Source of the DNA: a virus
DNA length: 32,799 bases
IMG/VR virus record: IMGVR_UViG_3300033183_000402
Location: 1-32,799 of that record
Reading direction: 5' to 3' (one strand)
The notes beneath the pieces are model-generated. The model made no database searches and was not told the DNA's origin. It was given only the letters and a program-made list of their open reading frames with translations. The position numbers and the translations under genes are program-made. The number at the start of each line of letters is the position of its first letter. The stretch's first letter is position 1. Of this stretch, positions 5,921 through 11,741 are shown piece by piece.

Positions 5921-7564
5921 TCAACCAGCTCGCCATTTAACCTCGCCGATGACCGCAAATCGCTCTGATGACTTGCTTATCATCTCGGTTTCGTAGTTCG
6001 GGTTGTCGCTCATCACCACAAAATCACCGTCAATCGACCGCTTGAGCCGCTTGATTTTGAGGTCGTCACCATAGCGAATGGCGTAGACCTTGCCATCTTT
6101 GATTTGGCTCACCGGCTTGCAATCAACCAAAACGATATCGTCGTCGTCCAGGTAGGGCGACATGGAGTCCCCATGCACTCGGAAGCACTTGGCGGTCTTT
6201 GCGTCTATGCCCCGGCTGCTAAAGAAGCTTCGGCGAAACACAAGCGTCTCCTCCTGCACGTCCGGGTGGTACTCGGGCGCTGCGCTGCCCCCGCCAGCGG
6301 CAAAGCGCACCTCGTATAAGCCGACCTCGGCGTAAGTCTCATTGAACTGATCAACGCTGCGTACCGTGGACGGGGCTTCGCCTTCCTCTTGCAAGCCCAT
6401 CTCAAGGGCTTGGGACGAAATCCCAAAGACCATCGCCAGCATCTTGATTGAGGCCGGGGAGGGCGGTGTGTAGCCGTTTTCCCAGTTGGATACCGCCTGA
6501 ACCGACACGTCGAGCAGCTTGGCTACCTCGGTCACGCTCAAGCGGCAGCGCTTGCGCCAGCGGCGGATACGCTTGCCCAGCGCCTCATTGCCCATTTCGT
6601 TGGCTAAATACTTGGCTTGCTGGCTCAGGGCGTCCGTGTCTTGTTGGGTGCTTCCATCGGCTTTTTCCGCAACATCGGCCGCTGCCAACTTAAAGTCGTT
6701 TGCTCGAGTTGGGCGTCCGGTCAGAAGGCGGACGAAATCGTCGAGCCTTTTTTCGTCGGGGTTGGTTTGAAACCAATCGTTAAACAGCTGCTCTAGGTGT
6801 GGGTGCGACGGAAACTCGATGCGCTTGTCTTTGCCTTTGAAGCGCATATACGTGCCGCCGGGGTACCGTTCGGCCAGAATTTCTTTAACCCGGCGAAGCT
6901 GTGCCTCTGCCTCGCCATCAGCGGGGGCTTGCCACTGTTGACTAGCCCACAAATCCTCGACGTAGGCGCTCAGGATGTTGGCCTCAAGTTTCATGCACTG
7001 GGCGGTGACAAGCGTCTCCATGATGGTGTCATCACTGAGCGCGGACTCTGCCGCCGTCGCCACATTGGTCGAGATTAAATACTGCCCGTATATCGAAGCA
7101 GCCTTTTCTTTGACATCCAGCCACGGTGGGTTAGGGGTGCCGAAGTGAATCTCGCACAAAGCACGCCCAACCTCAAGCACTTCATCTTCAGCTAAGTCAA
7201 CCGAGCGCAAGATTTCATACGCATCGCGGTCGCGCTTGCGAAGGGCGTCTTTGTCGGTCAATTCTTTGTAGGTGTACTTGCGTGACTCACTGGGTTTGCT
7301 GTCACCAAACAGGTCAAGCAAGCCCCTGACAACCTGCTTGGCTTCACGCCCGTCGCTTTGGCGGATGCGCTCCTCAATCACATCCAAGCCCGAGCGAATC
7401 ACTTTTTTTGCGTCTGAGTCCCTTGGGAATACGTGGAGGTTGCCCTTCTTTGTCTTTGTCTTTACGCCCTTGGGGTTTTCGCCATCAGCCGTACGGCGCA
7501 CCTTGCTCTCAAGGGGTGCGGCCAAAAAGCCAATCATCGGCTCGTCAGGTTTCTTGGTAGCCAA
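5921..7564 (-). CDS. CI/LexA-type phage repressor (XRE HTH plus S24 peptidase) carrying an N-terminal extension of about 325 aa with unknown function
   Basis: 547 aa.
- HTH around residues 328-385: LGKRIRRWRKRCRLSVTEVAKLLDVSVQAVSNWENG.
- Candidate Ala-Gly autocleavage site in VRFAAGGGS.
- S24 Ser in HGDSMSP and Lys in LKIKRL.
- TTG start with GGAGA 6 nt upstream.
- Residues 1-325 match nothing I recognise. Confidence 0.85.
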   Translation of the reverse strand: MATKKPDEPMIGFLAAPLESKVRRTADGENPKGVKTKTKKGNLHVFPRDSDAKKVIRSGLDVIEERIRQSDGREAKQVVRGLLDLFGDSKPSESRKYTYKELTDKDALRKRDRDAYEILRSVDLAEDEVLEVGRALCEIHFGTPNPPWLDVKEKAASIYGQYLISTNVATAAESALSDDTIMETLVTAQCMKLEANILSAYVEDLWASQQWQAPADGEAEAQLRRVKEILAERYPGGTYMRFKGKDKRIEFPSHPHLEQLFNDWFQTNPDEKRLDDFVRLLTGRPTRANDFKLAAADVAEKADGSTQQDTDALSQQAKYLANEMGNEALGKRIRRWRKRCRLSVTEVAKLLDVSVQAVSNWENGYTPPSPASIKMLAMVFGISSQALEMGLQEEGEAPSTVRSVDQFNETYAEVGLYEVRFAAGGGSAAPEYHPDVQEETLVFRRSFFSSRGIDAKTAKCFRVHGDSMSPYLDDDDIVLVDCKPVSQIKDGKVYAIRYGDDLKIKRLKRSIDGDFVVMSDNPNYETEMISKSSERFAVIGEVKWRAG

Positions 7565-7764
7565 AACAGGTCTCCGTTACGTTCAACTCGCACTGGCGCT
7601 TCTTTGCCGTTGCGTTTAAATGGGCAGGTTACAGTAAAGAAATACTTTACGCAAGCAGATATTAGCGTATTTCCAATGTTTAAATAGCAAAAGAGTACCT
7701 TATCGCTAATTAATCACTACGCGAGTTGTTGACACGCTACAGGTAACCCGTACAATCAGCGGCC
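7565..7764. promoter_or_regulatory. Divergent immunity control region (operators plus PRM-like and PR-like promoters)
   Basis: 200-bp gap between divergent repressor and cro-like genes.
- Palindrome GTAAAG-N5-CTTTAC at 7634-7650.
- Inverted repeat TACGC-N12-GCGTA at 7648-7669.
- Inverted repeat ATTAGCG...CGCTAAT at 7661-7667 and 7704-7710.
- Imperfect palindrome TACAGGTAACCCGTA at 7738-7752.
- Weak leftward promoter candidate TTGCGT (7654-7649), 17 nt, TAACCT (7631-7626). Confidence 0.6.
7729..7756 (+). promoter_or_regulatory. Rightward early promoter (PR-like)
   Basis: TTGACA (7729-7734), 16-nt spacer, TACAAT (7751-7756). The cro-like ATG at 7765 is only 8 nt past the -10 and has no Shine-Dalgarno sequence. 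Confidence 0.7.
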
Positions 7765-7986
7765 ATGACGATTCACGAAATACTCACCCGGGTTGGCTCT
7801 CGCGCCCAGCTGGCCCGCTTAATCGGGGTTTCACCCCAAGCCATGCAGGGATGGGTCACCTCTGGGCAGGTGCCACCCAAGCGGGCGGTGCAAATAGAAG
7901 AAGCCACCGCTGGCTTAATCAAGCGGCATGAGCTGCGCCCCGACTTGTGGACGCCACCCGTGCTGGAGGCAGTGGATGGCCGGTGA
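7765..7986 (+). CDS. Cro/YdaS-type HTH regulator
   Basis: 73 aa. GSRAQLARLIGVSPQAMQGWVTSGQVPPKRAVQIEEATAGLIKRHELRPDLW matches the YdaS/Cro-like family pattern. It is divergent from the repressor. Confidence 0.85.
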   Translation: MTIHEILTRVGSRAQLARLIGVSPQAMQGWVTSGQVPPKRAVQIEEATAGLIKRHELRPDLWTPPVLEAVDGR

Positions 7987-8848
7987 TTGGATAAAACTGC
8001 GGTCTGACCTCATCACCAGTCCGAAAGTTGTCCGCATTTCGTCCGCATTACGGGCGCATAAGTTGACGGTGATTGGCGCATTGCACGCAACATGGGTGCT
8101 GTTTGACGCGCACTCAGAGGACGGGGTGCTCACGGGTTACACGCCCGAAGCCTTGGACGAGTACCTCAATTTACCCGGTTTTGCCGAGGCAATGATGGGG
8201 GTTGATTGGCTCACCAATACCGGCGAAAGCCTTGCCATGCCTAGGTTTGACAACCACAACGGTCAGTCAGCCAAGCGCCGGGCAATGGAGTCTGAGCGCA
8301 AGAGAGCCGTCCGCAAATTGTCCGCATCCAATGCGGACGTTTTGCCCCCTAGAGAAGAGAAGAGAAGAGAAGATATTTCTATAGAGAGAGAAGCGGCGTC
8401 CCCCACAGGGGACGACTCCCCCACCCAGCAGGTGGTTAGGGAAAAGGCACCCCGCTTTTGCATCGACTATGAAGCCATTTGCGAGGCGTTCAACAACGCG
8501 TTTCCTGATGCTAGGCCCGAGACACCCGACGGCTTGGCAACACAAACCCGGGAGCGGTTGCTTGATACCTCCAAGGCGCTGATACGCGAGTTGCTGAGTG
8601 GGGATGAATTGAAATCCGCACGCCAAGAAGCAATCACCGATGCTTGGACGGCCTTCTTTCTCAGGTGCTCGACCTCCGACTTTTTGCGGGGCAAGCGCAG
8701 CTTTGGCGATAAAAAGCCATTTCAGATTGGGCTGGTCAACATCATCAACCGCACCATGTTCCCCAAGGTTTTGAGCGGCGAGGCTTACTTCGATGAAGAC
8801 ACTCGTTCCCTCAAGCGCTGGGTGCAGGAGCAAACGGCTAACGCCTGA
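7976..8848 (+). CDS. Putative replication initiator / replisome-organizer-like protein
   Basis: The track ORF starts at 7928. I prefer the ATG at 7976 because GGAGG lies 6 nt upstream. The N-terminus MAGDWIKLRSDLITSPKVVRIS resembles replisome-organizer N-domains. The gene carries clustered GTCCGCA iterons and a charged linker (REEKRREDISIERE). It occupies the lambda O position after cro. Confidence 0.6.
   Translation: MAGDWIKLRSDLITSPKVVRISSALRAHKLTVIGALHATWVLFDAHSEDGVLTGYTPEALDEYLNLPGFAEAMMGVDWLTNTGESLAMPRFDNHNGQSAKRRAMESERKRAVRKLSASNADVLPPREEKRREDISIEREAASPTGDDSPTQQVVREKAPRFCIDYEAICEAFNNAFPDARPETPDGLATQTRERLLDTSKALIRELLSGDELKSARQEAITDAWTAFFLRCSTSDFLRGKRSFGDKKPFQIGLVNIINRTMFPKVLSGEAYFDEDTRSLKRWVQEQTANA
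8030..8047 (+). repeat. Iteron pair GTCCGCAT (8030-8036 and 8041-8047), 11-bp phasing
   Basis: Sequence GTTGTCCGCATTTCGTCCGCATTA read directly. Confidence 0.7.
8309..8338 (+). repeat. Iteron cluster: GTCCGCA at 8309-8315 and 8320-8326 (11-bp phasing), plus an inverted copy TGCGGAC at 8332-8338
   Basis: Sequence CCGTCCGCAAATTGTCCGCATCCAATGCGGACG read directly. One more copy sits at 8975-8981 in the next gene. Confidence 0.7.
8352..8390 (+). repeat. (GAGAA)x4 polypurine tract followed by an AT-rich stretch and a GA repeat
   Basis: GAGAAGAGAAGAGAAGAGAA (8352-8371), then GATATTTCTATA, then GAGAGAGAAG. It lies immediately 3' of the iteron cluster, inside the linker-coding part of the replication gene. 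Confidence 0.7.
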
Positions 8849-8880
8849 TTGTTTCGCGGCGGCTCTATCAGGAGTCTGCC

Positions 8881-9309
8881 GTGTCCCTCGAGGCACTCAA
8901 GAAATTTCGCACGGGCGGCTACAAGCCCGGGAAAGAAGACGACCTACAGGCGTTGTTTTGCCAAGCCCAAGGTTGTCCGCATAAATGGTCGGTTGATGCT
9001 GGCAATGGGCACTTTTGTGGCGCACACGCATTTGCCGAGCCACGCGAGTGGCCGGTCATCACCGAAGAACTGCAACGCCGCTACTTTGAGCGCCAGTTTG
9101 ACGAGGAATCGCAAGCCAAAGCCCCGCCAGCCACCACGCTGACATGGGCGCAAAAGCGCGAGATTCTCAACCAGCTGCGCGAGGTACTGAGCAGCGAAAC
9201 CAAAGACCACCGGGCATGGGCCAAGCGGCTGCGTGAGCGGGAGGAGGCTGGAGAGACGTTGTCGCTGACTCAGCGGCACGCATGGCGGGAGGCGTTGCGT
9301 GTCACATGA
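8881..9309 (+). CDS. Hypothetical protein with a Cys/His cluster
   Basis: 142 aa. GTG start with AGGAG 6 nt upstream. Contains CQAQGCPHKWSVDAGNGHFCGAH, a zinc-finger-like cluster. No family recognised. Confidence 0.65.
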   Translation: MSLEALKKFRTGGYKPGKEDDLQALFCQAQGCPHKWSVDAGNGHFCGAHAFAEPREWPVITEELQRRYFERQFDEESQAKAPPATTLTWAQKREILNQLREVLSSETKDHRAWAKRLREREEAGETLSLTQRHAWREALRVT

Positions 9310-9518
9310 CTTGTACCCAATGCCAAACCCGGGAGATGGGGACTCCCGGTCGTTTCGACTTGTGCTGCACGAATTGCTGCGCCGACCTGGTGTTGCAGGC
9401 ATACCCAAGCAAACCACTGGCCGAGCGGATGCTTGCAGCCATTGCCTATCGGCGGGACAGGCCGCCACGCGCCGAAATCCTCGAGTGCGTGAGGCAGAAG
9501 TTGGCGAAACGCCCTTGA
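9306..9518 (+). CDS. Small Cys-rich hypothetical protein
   Basis: The track ORF starts at 9282. I prefer the ATG at 9306, which overlaps the upstream stop (ATGA). 70 aa with CTQC...CCTNCC. Confidence 0.55.
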   Translation: MTCTQCQTREMGTPGRFDLCCTNCCADLVLQAYPSKPLAERMLAAIAYRRDRPPRAEILECVRQKLAKRP

Positions 9519-9558
9519 GTCGCGCTGAGATTGAGTTTGCGGTGCGTCGGGGGTTGCT

Positions 9559-9960
9559 ATGAAGTACGAGTGCATCGCGACGACCACGGCTGACCTGGAG
9601 GAGGCCGTCAAGCACGGCACCCAAATGCTGCCGCACGCCAAGAAGCTGTACGTCAAGGTTGAGCCGTTTGCCGACAAGCGCAAGCAGCAACAAAACCGCC
9701 GTTACTGGGCCATGCTGACCGAGATTGAGCACAAGCTCACCATCGAGGGCCAGCAGTACGGCACCGGCACGTGGCACGAGTACTTCAAGGGCACCTTTAT
9801 CGGGTGGGAAGAAAAGCAGATGCCCGACGGGCGTGTGTTTGCCCAGCCAATCAGTTCAACCGACCTGACCGTCAAAGAGTTCGCCGCCTTCATGGAGCGT
9901 GTGGAGAACTGGGCGACTTCCTTGGGGGTTGTTTTTGAAGAACTGCCGGAGGTCGGATGA
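9559..9960 (+). CDS. ninB: NinB/Orf-family recombination mediator
   Basis: 133 aa. RKQQQNRRYWAMLTEIEHKL and SSTDLTVKEFAAFMERVENWA align with lambda NinB RSLDQNRKLWACLGDVSRQV and STSRMRVGEFAELLELIQAF. Confidence 0.75.
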   Translation: MKYECIATTTADLEEAVKHGTQMLPHAKKLYVKVEPFADKRKQQQNRRYWAMLTEIEHKLTIEGQQYGTGTWHEYFKGTFIGWEEKQMPDGRVFAQPISSTDLTVKEFAAFMERVENWATSLGVVFEELPEVG

Positions 9961-10217
9961 ATAACCAACTGACACAGGCAGAGCGGCGCCATCTTGCCCG
10001 GGTGAAGGAGTTGCCGTGTTCGGTGTGCGACCAACCCGGCCCGAGTGAGGCTCACCACATCGTGCAGGGCAACCAGTACACGACGGTTGCGCTGTGCACC
10101 GACTGCCACCGCGGCCCAGTGCTGGGCTGGCACGGTCGGCGTGGGATGTGGCGCGTCAAAAAGATGGACGAGCTTGGCGCGCTTGACGTCACCTTGTCTC
10201 GGCTTCTTAACCCGTGA
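9957..10217 (+). CDS. Small HNH/Ref-like zinc-binding nuclease-family protein
   Basis: 86 aa. HLARVKELPCSVCDQPGPSEAHHIV...ALCTDCHRG has the pattern of Ref-type HNH proteins. ATGA overlap with ninB. Confidence 0.5.
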   Translation: MNNQLTQAERRHLARVKELPCSVCDQPGPSEAHHIVQGNQYTTVALCTDCHRGPVLGWHGRRGMWRVKKMDELGALDVTLSRLLNP

Positions 10218-10531
10218 CGTCACCCACACAAAGGTCACTGGCTCACCTGCGTCAGCAGGGAGTTGACCTTGTGCAGGTGGTTGAGAAATGGAACCCCCAT
10301 GCCCGCATCCGCCAAGACCTGTTTGGCGTGATTGACATCTTGGCAGTACGCGAGGGCGAAACGATTGGCGTGCAGGCGACATCTGCCTCGAACGCCAGCA
10401 GCCGGGTGCGCAAGCTCGAGGACTCGGACGCGCTGATTGCGCTTCGAGCCGCGGGGTGGACGGTATTGGTACATGGCTGGCGCAAGGCAAGTAACGGGCG
10501 CTGGCAGCTTCGTGAATGGAATTTATCTTGA
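10214..10531 (+). CDS. Hypothetical protein, possible PD-(D/E)XK-like nuclease or resolvase
   Basis: 105 aa. GTG start overlaps the upstream stop (GTGA). RQDLFGVIDILAVREGETIGVQATS resembles a restriction-endonuclease-like core. This is a weak call. Confidence 0.4.
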   Translation: MTSPTQRSLAHLRQQGVDLVQVVEKWNPHARIRQDLFGVIDILAVREGETIGVQATSASNASSRVRKLEDSDALIALRAAGWTVLVHGWRKASNGRWQLREWNLS

Positions 10532-10746
10532 TTCTTTGTCCAAAGTGCGACGCCCGGATGGGTGTCAAGGAGACCAAGCAGCACAAGCACGGCGTTTTGC
10601 GCCGTAAGTACTGCCCAAATTGTGGTGCTCGCGTCGTGACCGTTGAGTCGGTCATGGAGGTATTAGAGAAGCGGCAATCGGTAGAGGAACGTATTGAGCG
10701 GTTTGTACCCGCGCTGGAGCAAGCATGGCTTTTGATGAAAAGATAG
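10516..10746 (+). CDS. Zinc-ribbon protein (Ogr/Delta- or NrdR-like CxxC...CxxC)
   Basis: 76 aa. CPKCDARMGVKETKQHKHGVLRRKYCPNCGARVVTVESV. The start is uncertain, with a TTG alternative at 10528. Confidence 0.5.
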   Translation: MEFILILCPKCDARMGVKETKQHKHGVLRRKYCPNCGARVVTVESVMEVLEKRQSVEERIERFVPALEQAWLLMKR

Positions 10747-11243
10747 TCCGGGCCTCGACCAGCAAGAACCTGCGCCACCTCGAGCGCCCCTGTGACGTTG
10801 ACGTTTTGGGAGCTAGTGGGATGGCCGCGGCTAACCAAGGCTTGGGTCATTGGGCGTTTAGGGTCAAGTTCCTGCGGGAGCCGAGCATCTTGCATCGCCT
10901 GAGAGACCGGGTCAGGGCGATGGTTGTAGGGCGTGCACGCACCCGCCGTATCCGGGCAAAGGTCGGCGTCCTACATTCGATTGCCGATGCTGCGGTTGCT
11001 TGGTGGGTGAACGATATCTGTCCGCGGTGCAAAGGGGTTCAGTTTGAAAAAGCAGGGCAGACCTTATCAACGCGCGCTTGCCATACCTGCCGCGGTACGG
11101 GCAAACGACGGGAGCCAACGGCCAAAGACATCAAGGCAGACTTGACGCCTGAGAGGTTCGAGGCGGTATTTGGCGATGCGGTGACACGGCTCGAGGAGGC
11201 GTGCACTGAGTACCGGAGTGCGGTGGTGAAGCGATACCGATAA
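10725..11243 (+). CDS. Lambda-Q-like zinc-finger protein, candidate late-gene antiterminator
   Basis: 172 aa. It has two CxxCxGxG-type motifs, CPRCKGV and CHTCRGTG, as in lambda Q (CRDCHGTG, CGRCKGVG). It is the last gene before a 330-bp non-coding region that holds a promoter-like element and a strong terminator. GGAG RBS. Confidence 0.55.
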   Translation: MAFDEKIVRASTSKNLRHLERPCDVDVLGASGMAAANQGLGHWAFRVKFLREPSILHRLRDRVRAMVVGRARTRRIRAKVGVLHSIADAAVAWWVNDICPRCKGVQFEKAGQTLSTRACHTCRGTGKRREPTAKDIKADLTPERFEAVFGDAVTRLEEACTEYRSAVVKRYR

Positions 11244-11270
11244 AAGCCCGGACGCACTAAATGTGGTGAG

Positions 11271-11298
11271 TTGCAATTGTGGAGGCACTCGCTACCAT
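11271..11298 (+). promoter_or_regulatory. Candidate late promoter (PR'-like)
   Basis: TTGCAA (11271-11276), 16 nt, TACCAT (11293-11298). It lies about 75 nt upstream of the terminator. The hexamer matches are weak. Confidence 0.3.
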
Positions 11299-11373
11299 CA
11301 CACCTATAAGAACAATAACTATCTTGACCATTTGAGGGGCAAGCTCGCCCTGAAATTTTCAAGGTAAAGAAAG

Positions 11374-11402
11374 GCCCGCCTAGAGCGGGCTTTGTTGTTT
11401 TT
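11374..11402 (+). terminator. Rho-independent terminator (tR'-like) between the Q-like gene and the late genes
   Basis: GCCCGC (11374-11379), loop CTAGA, GCGGGC (11385-11390), then TTTGTTGTTTTT. Confidence 0.8.
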
Positions 11403-11573
11403 GGTTAGTCGCAGTTGCCAACTGAATCTTATTACGACTGACCCCAAAGTGCCAGTGCCGTTCTTAGTGGCGCGATAAAAAACAGCGGCAGCACGTTGAT
11501 GCGGGACAGTCCGAGGTTATTGGTCTCCTTGACCCGGACGGCAGGCGCGTGCCTATTTGATTGCGAGGTTTGT

Positions 11574-11741
11574 ATGCCACCAGTATCCAAAGCGCAGCAT
11601 CGCTTCATGCAAGCCGCGGCCAACGACCCACAGATGCGAAAGAAGCTCGGCGTCAGCCGTCAGGTCGCGCGTGAGTTCGTAAAGGCCGCCGAGATGGGCC
11701 GTGGCTACCAATCGCTGCCTGCCAAAAAGGGCAAAAAGTAA
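11574..11741 (+). CDS. DUF3008-like small protein
   Basis: The track ORF starts at 11496. I prefer the ATG at 11574, which has GAGG upstream. 55 aa, MPPVSKAQHRFMQAAANDPQMRKKLG..., typical of the small DUF3008 phage proteins. Its stop overlaps the next start (TAATG). Confidence 0.65.
   Translation: MPPVSKAQHRFMQAAANDPQMRKKLGVSRQVAREFVKAAEMGRGYQSLPAKKGKK

Noticed and set aside
6593-6595. Internal Met that would give a normal-sized (about 224-aa) CI as a separate gene
   Set aside because: There is no stop codon between the N-terminal region and this Met, and no purine-rich RBS upstream (TATTTAGCCAACGAAATG). I therefore treat the ORF as a single fusion. Internal initiation remains testable.
8352-8390. 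GAGAA tandem repeat considered as a CRISPR-like or microsatellite array
   Set aside because: It has only four 5-nt units with no spacers. It lies in frame inside a coding linker. It is better explained as part of the origin or linker region.
8267-9777. Minus-strand ORFs of 209 aa (8267-8896) and 277 aa (8944-9777)
   Set aside because: They are antisense to the replication gene and the coupled Cys-rich genes. Composition is low-complexity Arg/Leu/Pro/Gly, with no RBS and no recognisable domain.
9702-10895. 397-aa minus-strand ORF, the longest unassigned ORF in the track
   Set aside because: It runs antisense across five tightly coupled plus-strand genes with recognisable motifs (NinB, HNH, zinc ribbon, Q-like). 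Its translation is Ser/Arg/Pro/Ala-rich with no motif, which is typical of a spurious antisense frame in GC-rich DNA.
11404-11573. 170-bp non-coding stretch after the tR'-like terminator, examined for an ncRNA or cos site, and the 63-aa minus-strand ORF 11432-11623
   Set aside because: I found only short, imperfect hairpins and no repeats or conserved-looking structure. The ORF is antisense to the DUF3008 gene start and has no RBS.
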